Shown: piece by piece, positions 37,240-48,247 of the stretch
Layout of the letters: each line of letters starts with the position of its first letter
How positions within the stretch are numbered: the stretch's first letter is position 1
NCBI RefSeq assembly: GCF_001194135.2
Contig: NC_068987.1
Span: 72,478,176-72,542,175 of the forward strand
Length of the DNA stretch: 64,000 nucleotides
Source: Octopus bimaculoides
Taxonomy: Eukaryota
Direction of reading: 5' to 3'
Made by a program: the position numbers and the translations under genes
The notes under the pieces: model-generated
What the model saw: the letters and a program-made list of their open reading frames with translations, nothing else
The model's database searches: none
What the model was told of the DNA's origin: nothing

Positions 37240-39850
37240 TGTGTGTGTTTGTCACCCCATCACTGCTTGACAACCAGTGTTGATGTGTGTCCCCATAACT
37301 TAACGGTTCAGTAAAAGACACCGATAGAAAAAGTACTTGTCTTAAAAATAAGTCCTGGGGTCGATTTGTTTGACTAAAACCTTCAAGGCATTATTCCTGC
37401 ATGGCTGCAGTCAAATGACTGAAACAAATAAAAGAATTGATAAGTGCAGCTGTGGCTGCATGCTTCACAACCATATGGCCTTGGTTTCAATCCTATTGTA
37501 TGGCATCTTAGATATGTATCTTTTTTTATGGTACTGGGTCAACCAAAGCCTTGTGAGTAGATTTGGTTGACGGAAAACTGAAAGAAGCCTGTGACATATG
37601 TATAATTACATATATGTATGTGTCTGTGCATGTTTTGTGCTTGTGTGTACCCTTGTCTTGACATCATAGTTGTAAATGAGCATCACTGTCATACAAGTGA
37701 TGCTGTTCATTTCCAGTCTTCTGTGAAGAATACATCTTGCCATAGGGAAATATAATACCCTGCTTTGAAACAGATGAAGGTTAGTGACAGGATGTACTTC
37801 CCTTTGAAAACTTTACAATTACAATGGGGGAATTTGTTTGACAGCCAGATAGGCTGAGCCTTATTACATACACTTGTGATATAAAATCCCTAGTGTAGTA
37901 ATAGTAAGATATGACCATGCTGTTAGTAATGTAGCACCTTAAACTTAGCCATTTTGGCTCGCATTAACACATAAGTTGTGTCATGATATTACAGTGGAAG
38001 GAAAAAGAAAAAAGTTAGTTTACTTTTTTTGGATCCAAGTGCTGGTGCCATGTTAAAAGCACCCAGCACACACTGTAAAGTAGTTGGCATTAAGCCATAG
38101 AAACCAAGCCAAATCAGACTAGAACTTGGTGCAGCTCCCTGACTTTCCAGCTCTGGCCAAACTGTCCAACTCTTGCCAGTATGGAAAAGGGACATTACAG
38201 GATGGTGATGATGTCCTAAACATCAATGTTTGTTTTCAGATAGCCCTCATTTCATGTTCTGAGTAATATGTAGCTCTCTTTTCATATCTCCCAAGTTTGA
38301 AAAATATTAAGAATGTATATTATATTTGATGCATGGATACTAAAGAAATATGTCCTGTGCATTACATATTATACACAGAACAGGTAAAGGTTTAAACAAC
38401 AACAACACACACATTTATATGAATGGTACAATTTATGGTTCACACATTTGGACATGCTTTAAAAATCGATGCAAATAATTCCAGCTGCAGCTCGGTCTTT
38501 TTCTTGATATCATTTTGAGAATATTATTAGAGACACTAAAGAGAATTTGTAAGTTATTTTGGTTGAACCTTATTCTTGAAGTTTATATGCAACTAAGCCG
38601 TTTCCTTTTCTGTTCTTTTAGTATGTTCCCATTGCTTGTGAAAGATGGCCTCATCTTGCAGTATTTTAGTTGTCAAGCATTGTTTGCACTTGTTGTACTC
38701 ATGCTATACAAAATAATGCCAGACCAAGTCTCTAAGAAGAGAAGTAATTTACTCTTCAACTGGTTACTTCGATGCATGGTAAGTGGGAAAATTTTTTACT
38801 GTTATAAAAATGTCTTGAAGGTATAGTAATTTGTTATTGATTTCAATAGGAGCTAATGGTGAACATCGTTAATATCTTTTGATTAGCTTTTCTTTAGTCT
38901 ATTACTGTTTGTGTCTGGTACACTCTACCATCACCCTGTGTTGCTTGTCTTTCTCTCTCAGGCCACTTGTCATTGTGTGACAATTTGGGCAAATGTCTTC
39001 TACTCTAGCTCTGGGCTGAACAAAGCTTTGTGAGTGAATTTGGTAGATGGAAATTGAAAGAAGCTCATTTTGTACATGCACAAATGCATGTGTGTACCCT
39101 TGTTTTGATACTGTGTCATGGTTGTAAATGACCATTAATTTGTTCATTTCCAGTCTTCCATGAAAAACATGTCTGGTCATGGGGAAATATTACCTTGTTT
39201 GGAAACAGGTGAGAGCTGGCAATGGGAAGGGCATGCCTCAACAAATTACACCTGACCCATGCAACCATGGAAGAGTGGCTGTTAAATGTTGATGATGTCA
39301 GTAAAACACACCTTGCCAATTAATGAGCCTACAAGTAGATCTCTCTCAAAACACATCCTATCCTGTCATCTTAAAAAAGCAGTGATATATTTTGACTTCA
39401 TTCAGGGAATGTTTTTAATCACAAGTATGTTCAATGACCTGGTGTTAAACATGAACAACAACACATATTTGCTCTTTATTATAAATACATTAACTTTTCA
39501 GTTTAGATATTGTTGACAATCTGTTGTGTGCATTTTTTCTGTTTTGTTTTTGTAAACATAAATTTCTTTTACTCTTTCAGATGCTCTTGTCTGTATCAAT
39601 TGGTTTAGCTCTGAGCATAGTTTCCCTGGTTGTTGAGCCACCTAATGATAAACCCGATCTCTTCGCTGTCTTCATTGCAGTCTACTGTTGTGGTCATTTC
39701 TTAATGTTTCTCATCTGTTTACACTACATACAGTTTACACTTGATAGACCTCGGTCAAATCCTGTGAAGTCAAACAGTTCTCCAAGAAAAAACGGACCAC
39801 CAGAACGTAAAAAGGCCTCAGAAGGTCATAAAAAAATTAAAAAGCATTAA
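6430..39850 (+). CDS. ALG6: Dolichyl pyrophosphate Man9GlcNAc2 alpha-1,3-glucosyltransferase, complete 14-exon CDS: join(6430-6532,20419-20503,22345-22434,23434-23522,25790-25872,27168-27232,31777-31959,33039-33174,34226-34311,35014-35098,35305-35375,36441-36509,38622-38778,39581-39850); 1572 nt, 523 aa
   Basis: Manual splicing gives one open frame with ALG6 motifs [70 protein letters not shown] and [12 protein letters not shown]. All phases are compatible and 12 of 13 introns are GT-AG. Internal exon sizes match the vertebrate ALG6 pattern as recalled. Confidence 0.96.
7784..8304 (+). mobile_element. tRNA-derived SINE family (GGCGAGCTGGCAGAATCGTTAGC...GAGTTCAAATTCC...CTTTCATCCTTTCGGGGTCGATAAA..AAGTACCAG), three tandem copies. 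Others at about 2680-2890, 14640-15145, 24800-25010, 25400-25610, 32381-32600, 34533-34950, 40810-41010 and 57370-57530(-)
   Basis: Pol III A/B-box-like head, a conserved central domain resembling the MetaSINE domain as recalled, and (ATT)n tails. Confidence 0.8.
9458..9643. mobile_element. piggyBac-like MITE (TTAA-CCCTTTAGCATT...AATGCTAAAGGG-TTAA); related copies at about 19884-20118, 53471-53699 and 62068-62323
   Basis: TTAA target site, 12-bp TIR and a shared internal sequence among four copies. Confidence 0.8.
10540..11560 (+). mobile_element. 5'-truncated non-LTR retrotransposon with restriction-like endonuclease (R4/Dong-like), 3' end
   Basis: AIQEQEIST, a [15 protein letters not shown] zinc knuckle, RHD.VA, RPDIMIW..VVEISCP and [10 protein letters not shown], with frameshifts. 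The 3' UTR ends at AATAAAACTGA plus a microsatellite. Confidence 0.88.
15680..16240 (-). mobile_element. Degenerate R4/Dong-like LINE endonuclease / 3' fragment
   Basis: The minus strand reads [18 protein letters not shown]...[17 protein letters not shown]...[12 protein letters not shown]. Confidence 0.75.
16270..17988. mobile_element. Composite LTR locus in ALG6 intron 1: + LTR subfamily B (16270-16676), inverted partial B LTR plus PPT and internal end (16679-16856), N gap, + LTR subfamily C (17656-17988)
   Basis: Homologous to the 3822-5675 element, including the TATCGTGCGTT..CGCACTGGCAAGGGAGCCC-TGTAG junction on the minus strand. ATAT flanks both outer ends. Confidence 0.85.
16857..17655. 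other. Assembly gap (N). Other gaps at 7509-7518, 7886-7895, 29012-29986, 36020-36162, 48400-48448 and 59232-59528
   Basis: Runs of N. Confidence 1.
20419..20503 (+). CDS. ALG6: ALG6 exon 2 ([29 protein letters not shown])
   Basis: ttctag acceptor, gtaagt donor, 85 nt. Confidence 0.97.
21382..21853. mobile_element. MITE with about 55-bp TIRs and an internal third copy of the left TIR (21574-21629)
   Basis: GGCATGTG(C/A)TCTACAAGGGAGATTACTTTAGGTTACTTT at 21397 and 21584, with the reverse complement at about 21795-21846. TATAG...CTATA outer ends. Confidence 0.75.
21876..22136. mobile_element. Foldback Tc1/mariner-like MITE, 261 bp
   Basis: Arms of about 100 bp (TAAGTATCACATCAATGTTATAATACTTAATTC... 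and its reverse complement). TA-CA(A/G)...CTG-TA ends. Confidence 0.8.
22345..22434 (+). CDS. ALG6: ALG6 exon 3 ([29 protein letters not shown])
   Basis: ttgtag / gtaagt, 90 nt. Confidence 0.97.
23434..23522 (+). CDS. ALG6: ALG6 exon 4 ([30 protein letters not shown])
   Basis: ttgtag / gtaatt, 89 nt. Confidence 0.97.
24215..24620 (+). mobile_element. Non-autonomous element: pyrimidine-rich body fused to the RTE tail; copies at about 30740-31143(+), 40320-40790(-) and 59070-60110(-)
   Basis: Shared body (CTCTACAGCAAGRCACCTGTTTCTGTC...TCTTGCAAGTTACTTGGTGA) joined to the (GAT)n tail in each copy. Confidence 0.65.
25790..25872 (+). CDS. ALG6: ALG6 exon 5 ([28 protein letters not shown])
   Basis: tcccag / gtaagt, 83 nt. 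Confidence 0.95.
26700..26960 (-). mobile_element. Old RTE-clade LINE C-terminal fragment
   Basis: The minus strand reads [49 protein letters not shown]. Confidence 0.65.
27168..27232 (+). CDS. ALG6: ALG6 exon 6 ([22 protein letters not shown])
   Basis: tttaaag acceptor. The donor is GTATCCTTT, the U12 consensus. 65 nt. Confidence 0.95.
28175..28797 (+). mobile_element. RTE-clade LINE ORF 3' fragment
   Basis: [23 protein letters not shown]; [53 protein letters not shown]. Confidence 0.88.
28806..30310 (-). mobile_element. Younger RTE-clade LINE: RT core plus Cys-rich finger, N gap, 3' UTR and (GAT)n tail
   Basis: [44 protein letters not shown]...[21 protein letters not shown]. The tail at 28806-29011 is nearly identical to other young tails. 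Confidence 0.88.
31777..31959 (+). CDS. ALG6: ALG6 exon 7 ([60 protein letters not shown])
   Basis: Family motifs; donor ag|gtaaaa. The 5' boundary depends on the non-canonical acceptor. Confidence 0.92.
33039..33174 (+). CDS. ALG6: ALG6 exon 8 ([11 protein letters not shown]...[14 protein letters not shown])
   Basis: tcccag / gtaaga, 136 nt. Confidence 0.97.
34226..34311 (+). CDS. ALG6: ALG6 exon 9 ([28 protein letters not shown])
   Basis: ttacag / gtaaga, 86 nt. Confidence 0.97.
35014..35098 (+). CDS. ALG6: ALG6 exon 10 ([28 protein letters not shown])
   Basis: tttcag / gtaagt, 85 nt. Confidence 0.94.
35305..35375 (+). CDS. ALG6: ALG6 exon 11 ([24 protein letters not shown])
   Basis: tcacag / gtaagt, 71 nt, QVHEKS motif. 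Confidence 0.97.
36441..36509 (+). CDS. ALG6: ALG6 exon 12 ([23 protein letters not shown])
   Basis: tttcag / gtaagt, 69 nt. Confidence 0.94.
36891..37008. repeat. (TA)n microsatellites. Other simple repeats include (TA)n at 22166-22206 and 61119-61148, (CT)n at 31341-31398 and 35976-36019, (GA)n at 54345-54381, and a complex (TG)/(CA) tract at 58170-58590
   Basis: Read directly from the sequence. Confidence 0.95.
37010..37207 (+). repeat. Short repeat resembling Penelope-like element 3' ends (TGAAGAGCGTAGCTCGAAATGTTAAAGACTTT); related copy at about 55800-55930, similar termini at about 25668-25750(-) and 55990-56040(-)
   Basis: Sequence similarity between copies. The class assignment is from recalled motif shape only. 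Confidence 0.35.
38622..38778 (+). CDS. ALG6: ALG6 exon 13 ([14 protein letters not shown]...NWLLRCM)
   Basis: ttttag / gtaagt; [11 protein letters not shown] motif. Confidence 0.95.
39581..39850 (+). CDS. ALG6: ALG6 terminal exon 14 (MLLSVSIG...[10 protein letters not shown]...KKIKKH*)
   Basis: tttcag acceptor, PP..PDLF motif, TAA stop. The C-terminus fits a KxKxx ER-retrieval signal. Confidence 0.95.
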   Translation: MLLSVSIGLALSIVSLVVEPPNDKPDLFAVFIAVYCCGHFLMFLICLHYIQFTLDRPRSNPVKSNSSPRKNGPPERKKASEGHKKIKKH

Positions 39851-39876
39851 ATTTTTTTTTTTTATGATATCAAGGT

Positions 39877-39882
39877 AATAAA
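39877..39882 (+). terminator. Candidate ALG6 polyadenylation signal AATAAA
   Basis: First AATAAA, 27 nt after the stop codon. Use is unverified. Confidence 0.4.
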
Positions 39883-42800
39883 AAAACATTTTTTAATTAA
39901 AAGTGATGTGGGCTTTGAAATTCTTATTTACTTTATGACTGTGTGACTGAGAAGTTTGCTTTTCACCCACCTGGTTTCAGGTTCAGTCCCACCATGTAGC
40001 ACCTTATGCAAGTGGTTTCTGCTATAGCTGTAGGTTAGCCGAAGCCTTACGAGTAGATTTTTGTTGATACAAACTGAAAAAAGCCTGCCTGGAGGTGTCT
40101 GTGTCCCTTTTTCTTGTCATTATGCGGTAGTTATAAGTAAGCTTCATCATCATACAAACAGTGTTGCTTCCAGTCTTCTATGAAAACGTCTAGTCAAGAG
40201 TAAATATTACCTTACTTGGAAATTGGTGAGGGCTGCTAACAAGTAGGGTGTCAGCCTGTAGAAAACCTGTCTCAAAGAATTCCATTTGACCCATACAAGC
40301 ATGAAACAGTAGATATCATCATCATCATCATCTTATAACATGTTTTTTTCATACAGGCATGGGTTGACAGGAACTGGTAAGTCAGAAGAATGCACCAAAC
40401 TCTGCTGTCTGTTTAGGCATGGTTTCTCTGGCTGGATGCTCTTCCTAATGCCAACCACTTTAGAGAGTGTACTGGGGGCTTTTTACAGGGCGCCAGCAGC
40501 AGTGAGTTCACTGAGTAACTTGCGAACAAGACCCCTTGACTGGGGTGGGGGAGTAGTTTTGGGGCACAGGAGAAAAAGTGTTTTGTAATAGAAGAGAAAC
40601 ATGGCCACCTCAGATGGAGAAGAGAGGGAGAGAAAGATGGTAGAGATTAGATGGAGTGGTGGCAGGGGCCCTATATTTGAGTTATAGGGAGGTGTATATA
40701 GTGAAGTAGACCAGAAATTAGAGAAGGTAAGATCACAAAATTGCAAAAAGAAAATGGGAGCTGGGTGGTGGGAAGGGATAATTATATATTCTGTGACTTT
40801 ATAATTACCACTGGTGGATTGGCAGAATTGTTAGTATTGGTAAGTAAAAGCGCCATGTAATATTTCTTCTAGCATTTATATTCTGAGGTCAACTTTGCCT
40901 GCCATCTTTACAGGGTCAATAATGTGAAGTACCAGTTAAATACTGGAGTTGATGTCATTAAACAGTTATCCCTAACCTAAAAATTGCTGGTCTTGTGTCT
41001 AAATTACTCCTGTTAAAAGATTTGTGTCTGTAGATGCAGTAGAGCATTTGATTAAATGGTTCAACCAGGATTTATATCTATTTATGAAAGGCATCTGCTT
41101 TTCTTTTCCGTCTGTCACTGGCAACATCATACACCAATAGATAAAGGATTGAAAAAATGAAATACTTCTCTCTCTCTCTTTAAAGATAGGCTTAGGCTGA
41201 AATGTGAAAAAAAAAAATATTTACCCAATGGCATTCAAACATGAAATATATTCTTCACCAATAAAAGTTTTTTGTTGACACAGACTACCAGTAATTTCCC
41301 TGAATTGTGTTTTAACATTTACTTTCATTTGTTTCCATTCAGAGTTCAAATTTTGCCAGAGATGACTGTCTTTCGTATCTTTAGGGGCAATTCGCTTGAT
41401 TGCCATATACCACTGTAAGAAATCTTTATGATACTGCCAACCCTACATCAGATTCTTAATCCTTCACCATTTCTTTAACCTGCTTCCCTCACTTGAATAT
41501 ATCACCACTCTCCTCCATTAGCTGAATTCATCTTTCCTCGAAATTGTTTCTTAACCAGCAAGTTCTGTAAGTAAACTACCAGGTACAAAAATAGGTCCTA
41601 ATTACATTAAACTCTTTATGAACTTTACTGAAGCTAGATATTTGTCCAATTCTCAAGCCACTGTAGGTATGTACAGTAATTACATCAACTGCATGGTTGT
41701 AACCTCCCTTCCTGGGGTTGAATTCACTGCTTATATTTTTAATAGCAACGCTCTCCATCCAGTGTAGGAATTTACCCTTTACTCTGTCAGACATTCCTGT
41801 CTGTTTTCTCAACATCGCCATCACTCTTGATGGCCCACCACATTATAAAGCTGAAACCATTAACATCATCATCATCATTTAACGTCCGTTTTTCATGCTA
41901 GCATGGGTTGGATGATTTGACTGGGGACTGGCGAACCAGATGGCTACACCAGACTCCAATCTGATCCGGCAGAGTTTCTACAGCTGGATGCCCTTCCTAA
42001 TGCCAACCACTCTGAGAGTGTAGTGGGTGCTTTTTACGTGCCACCGGCACGAGGGCCAGTCCAGTGGTACTGGCATCGGCCACGCTCAAATGGTGTTTTT
42101 TACGTGTCACCTGCACAGGAGCCAGTCCAATGTTTCATCCACATGCCAGTAAGGCGAAGCTGGAAATGATCGCGCTCAAATGGTGCTTTTTACGTGCCAC
42201 TGGCATGGAAGGAAGGCTACTGCTCTGGCAGTGATCCCGCTCAAACAGTGGAGTGCTAACAGCACCATCTGAACGGGATCACTGCCAGAACAGTGGTCTC
42301 GATTCTGTGCCAGTGGCACGTAGAAAAATTCAACTTCACCAACTATGCAACATGGATTTGAATTTCCTTTTCAAGTCTGAATGGTAATTACTGTGCTGTG
42401 CCATGCCCAAACCACTGACAAAGCCTTCAACTCTTTTCCTCCACCCAGTGTACTTAACTTAGGATAAAGTTCTCTTTTCTACAAAATTTTTCCTGCCAGC
42501 TTTGCTACTTCTGTTGACTATCCTTCAGGACTTTTACTTTGTTTTTTTCCCTCTAATCTACAAACCACTAATTTTTCACAAAGATATATTCAACACTTGG
42601 TGAGAAAGTCCTTCCCTCCTTGCAACAGAGCTCCCAACATCTTCAAAAACTCTTGCTTCAAATATTACACTTGTCCTTCATCTACAGCCCTCATAACTGG
42701 CTGCCAAACTACCAATCATTTTGCATCTCTGTCAACCTTATCTACTGTATCACCTGAAAATTGTGTAAGTTTCTGTGGGGGGTGAAATAGGCTGTCAGCT

Positions 42801-44736
42801 AAGTGATTCATCATCATCTTTTAACATCTGATTTCCCTACTGGCATGAGTTGGACACTTTGATAGGAGCTGACCAGCTGGAGAATTGCCCAGGTTCCAAT
42901 TGTCTGTTTTAGCATGGTTGCATGCTCTTCCTAATGCCAACCACTTTACAGTGTATATTGGGTGCTTTTTACATGGCACTGGTACCGCCTTTGAACTCGT
43001 TTGCAATTTACCCATCCTTCTTTTGGTAGTAATGATCAGTAATTGTACATATAAGCATAAAAATACTGCTGGACTATTTTCATGCACCATCTTTTACTAT
43101 CTCCCTTCCACCTCTTCCTTATTTACCTACTCTAAGTTTTTCATTCCTTAACCAATCTCTAACTTTATCTCCAATCTCATTCTGGTACAGTTACTACCAT
43201 TTTCTCCATCACCCACTAAAATTAATTCTTTTGCATAAAAGACTACATAGAGATGTGTTCATTAGATCAGCTAGAAACAGAAGCCAAATTTCCCTCAAAT
43301 CGTTCTGTCTTAAAAACAAGATACATTAAATAATATAGTCTCAGATATTCCTAAATGAACAAAAAAAGGTCAAAGTTGGAATACCTCTCTGGCCATAGGT
43401 CCGTTTCTTTGATCAGTGTTGACCTGGTGCTAAACAACATAACATTTATATACCTGTCTCAGAGGAACATCACAATAGATACAATATATTTTTTTCATGT
43501 AAGATTATTTAATAAGCAATCTAGCAACAAGATCTCTTATTCCTTTTGTTGGAATTTTTTTTTTCAAAGATTTTTTAGTAAAGAAAACAAAACAATAATC
43601 TGGTTTCATAAATAGGAATTTTTTTTTCTCTTTCTCAAATACTAAAAGATGGTAAAAGCAATGATGAACAACAGTGACAAAGGCACGAAATGCCTGTCCC
43701 ATTACAGGTATATCCTTGCACAAATGTCCACAAGTCCAAATCCTAAAGATTATAATATGAAGTTCTTGTATTGTAATGATAAATTCTGATTGTGTAAGAT
43801 TTTCATAGGATAATTTCATTTCATTTGTTTGTGTGAGGGTGTGTGTATGTGTGAATTATTTGGTTTGTTTTATGAGCTATGATTAACAATAGAATAAATT
43901 TAACAAATTCATTAACAACAACAACAACAACAACAAAAAAAGAAAAAGAAAATAAATTTCTCAATTTCACACACTTATACTTTCTTTAGACACAGGTTGA
44001 TTCATAGGTAAATAAATAAGGTATATGTAGATTAATAGAAGTAAATAGGGGTATTTGTAGATAACTTGGGAGACTGACAGATTTTTAGGTAACTAAAACA
44101 TATGAATAAGAGGTAGACAAATTGATAGATAAGGAAAGAACTGAGCTATAAAGATTTAACTAACATAAGTAAACAAGTCAAAGAGAATGAGATGGCAGAG
44201 TGCCAAATAAATATTTGTTATACAATCATAGCATTTATATATATACAGACTCTTATACACACATACAATCACACATAATTATGCTTAACAAACCTGTACC
44301 CGCCCATGAAAAACTACAATTCCAAAGCTTTGTTAATGAGATATCTTTAGGTTCAAGTCATAGATTTAGCAAGATGAGCTTGTCTGATCCTTTTTTTTTT
44401 TTTTGTGCGTGTGTGTGTGTGTGTTTGTTGTATACCCCACCCACCCCTACACCACCAACACAGAACAATGTACAAGTTCCATTTCTACAATTGGAATTTT
44501 GAAAAAGTTTAAAAAAAAAAAAAAAGAAAGAAAAAAAAAGGTTTGATGATAGTAAAATTTTAGTCTCTCATTTTCAGCTTATTACTGGGCTTGGCTTTTG
44601 TTATTGAGGCTCCTAAGTATCATATAGACAAAAAAAAAACATATAGGTATGTCCAACTAATTAGGAAACCTCTTATAGTTAGTCACTCAACATGCTGAAA
44701 ATAGCAGCCAAATCTTCCTCAAATTACACCCTACCA

Positions 44737-44769
<33 letters not shown>

Positions 44770-45205
44770 TTGAGATACACTATGTCTGAATAAAAGACAT
44801 CTTTGATCATCGGTCTGCAAGAGCAGGACTGACCTGGAGCTATATAACCACAACAATATACCAGTATTTAAAAGAAAATAAATGATATGTTAGCATGCTA
44901 TGAGGAGTATCATCAATATCCAACATCAAGCAATCTTTCATCCATGAAACTGCAGCATTTTTCTTTGTCTAGCTTATTCTCATTTAATCAATTCATTTGA
45001 TTTTATTCTCAACCACATTGCCTTTACAAGAAAGAATACTGCAATTCTTTGAAGGAGGCGCCTGAACCAAAACATTAAGATATTTCTTCTCCTCGTTGCA
45101 CACCAACAAATCTCAATGTTTTGCTTCATACTGATTTGAAACCAGAACAATGCAGACCAGAACTAGTCTCCCAAATACTGTTACTGACATACATCAAGTT
45201 AAGGA

Positions 45206-45239
<34 letters not shown>

Positions 45240-48073
45240 AGCAGGAGTGTACCATCTGGGTAGGCAAGGTAGGCAATGCCTATTCAGACTGAAACTATAC
45301 ATATTAATTATTTAATATAAAGGGTAAATGATTTCTAATTCATTATGAAAATGTTAAATTAATGCATGGAATTCAGTGTACAATTCAGTAAATGGTTAAA
45401 TTTTGGTGTCAGACAGCTATATCTACTGCCCTTCAACTATAATGTATAGACTAATGCATAAAGTTTATTAGTCCCACATGTTGCAGAAGGTATAAAATGT
45501 AGGATGAAAACTGCTTGGTGTATCATTACAGAGTGAGGAGTGCATGTGTGTGAGTTACATTGCATGCTTGTTTGCTTCTAACGATTGAGCTAATTTTCAA
45601 GATATACATCATATTATGTGAATGTATAAAACAGTAATAATATATTATAAATTATATATATATATATACATACACAAATATGTATCTAACATCTTGATTA
45701 TAAAATAGTGTTTGCACACATTTTTAAATACAATACAAACTTTTTATATACTTATGTGTGTAAACATATATATATTTGAGAGTAGACATTTTCACATATT
45801 GTCTCATAAAAGACCTTTTGAAAATTTACTTTATTTAATGCCTACTGCCTATCCTGAGTATTTAGTCATGGGAGGGACATACCTGATATATGTATTTGTA
45901 TAGATGGTATGTTATCTTTTCTTACTAAAATAATGATGCCCTTTCTATTAAGAAAAAAACCCCTATTTTCCACCACCTACACACACTGAAGCAATAGGCT
46001 TTATGTACCTTTGCTTCAGTGCAGATTACAATGGTTATAGTAAGATTTGAACTTATGGCCATAATAGCTTATAATACAGCCCTGTAACATTATAAATAGT
46101 GTAGCTTTTGTTCTCTTTCCAATATATGTCTATGTGCATGTGTGTGTGTGTATATATATATATATATCATCATCGTTCGTTTAACATCCGCTTTCCATGC
46201 TAGCATGGGTTGGACGATTTGACTGAGGACTGGTGAAACCAGATGGCTACAACAGGCTCCAATCTATCATCATTTAACGTCCATTATCCATGCTGGCAAG
46301 CTGAGAGGCTGCACCAGACTTCAGTCTGATTTGACATGGTTTCCATAGCTGGATGCTACACACACATAAATATACATACTTATTTATTTATATATATATA
46401 TATATATAGATATATAGGTAGAGAGAGATACATACAGAGTAACTATAATGTACAATTTGATATTATCCTAAATTCTTATAACTTCGATGCTGCAAATGAT
46501 AGAGTTTAATATGTAAAAAACATTTAAAAGCTAAATGAAGTAATTTTATTGCTATCAATTAAAAATTCATTAAAATTATTTAATTTTTGAAAAAATGTTT
46601 AATAGTTACTTCACTTTATTTTATAGGAACATGTAAAGGCTATTGTTTATTTAATTAAAGTTCACTTGATAGATGACCTGGGTGCTAGGATAATTTATGT
46701 GATTCAAACATATTTTTAGAACTTCAGAACTGAAATGATAGTGGACATGTTGAAAATGAACACTTTTAAGAATAAATCGATTAAAAATGTAATGCTTTCT
46801 TTCACTTAACCGTTTTTCACAGATAAATTATATGATATGTAGAACTGAAGTTATACATATTTAAAATTGCTTAAGAACTTTATAATAACCCTATATATAT
46901 GTTTGTGTGTATCATAGTGTAAGAATTGCAAAATATATTAAATACATGTTTTACATAGTTCAGACACTATTTGCTAGGTAGAGTGAATAGATATGTTTAG
47001 GTTAAAAGCTGATAATTGGCTCAGTTTTGCCCTCAGCAGGACCATTTGTGTTAGTTCACAATAGTCTTGAACAGTCCAGTTTAGAGCAAAATTTTGAGTA
47101 GTCTGCTAACATTTGAGAATATATATTATTAATGTGGTGTACATTGAAGGCTTTACTGTGGGGTGAAAAGGTTTTTAGCTTTCCTTGTGTAGCATGCATG
47201 CTCATGCAAGTCTTAGACCTCTAGCATTGCTGGTGGTGGTGGTGGTTGTAGTGTTGCTGCTGTAGATGAATAGTGATGTTTATTTGTTGACATTGATATA
47301 TGTTTGATTTGGGAGAATAGGATTCAAATTATTCACAGTGAGAAAGAATGAGAGAAACTGATGCATCAGGCAATCAACAAAAGACAGAAGTGAATACTGA
47401 GGTAAAGAAGAGGTAGGCGAGGCATAGGGAATAAAGAAGTTGAGGATACTGAATAAGGTTGGGTAGGGGAGAAACAGTGACAGATGGAAGCTAGGGCCTA
47501 CAACGGAGGAAACTGGATGGAGTAAAGATGAGGTTTGAGACAAGGAAGGGGGATAAGATCAATGATGAGCAAATGAGAAAGAGGTAGCAATAACAAGGAA
47601 ATAATTGAAAGGGATGATGGAATATGGCAAGGGAGATGTGGGAGGAATTAGTAACAAAAGGAAGAGGAAAGTAAGTCTAACATCAAGTAAGGAAGTAAGG
47701 TGATAATTAAGGAACTGAAAAGAGCTTAGTGGGTAGCAAAAGAAAGATGAAAGAAATGAAATTTGAAATGACTATAGAACAAGGAACCAAGATTTTAATG
47801 AAGAAGGAATCAATAAATGACAGGTGGGATATAGCAATAACAGAGCAGTTTAGCTCTCGGTATAAGGATGGAATATAAACACAAACAAACAAATTGCCAA
47901 AAAAACAAAAAAAACACGTGGGGACATATTTTTTCATAAAGAACATAAAAATGGTAAATTTTGGTGCCTACCAAACTGACAATGATTTATAAATACTAAC
48001 AAATATTTCTAGAGACTGAAACAGTGTAGGAAACACTGTTATCGTTCTGGTCGGTGATGATGTCATTCCTTAT

Positions 48074-48247
48074 TCATAGGACAACAAAGTCATCACTTTC
48101 ACTGGTCGGCTGCTTTAGTTTGCCATCTTGGTCAACATAACGGATACGGAGGTAGCGTTCTTCATTTAATTCTAATTTGTCCATTTGTAAGTCACCACTT
48201 CGGCCATCAACAAATGCAAATGCTGGATAGAGTCCTTTTTGTTTCAG
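48074..48247 (-). CDS. ATG4: ATG4 terminal exon ([15 protein letters not shown]...[10 protein letters not shown])
   Basis: Long polypyrimidine tract plus cag acceptor; YP.F.F..G motif; TGA stop. Confidence 0.93.
   Translation of the reverse strand: MKQKGLYPAFAFVDGRSGDLQMDKLELNEERYLRIRYVDQDGKLKQPTSESDDFVVL

Noticed and set aside
41220-42780. Short minus-strand ORFs that might be an old LINE or a gene
   Set aside because: No diagnostic motif or consistent splice pattern could be recognised by eye.
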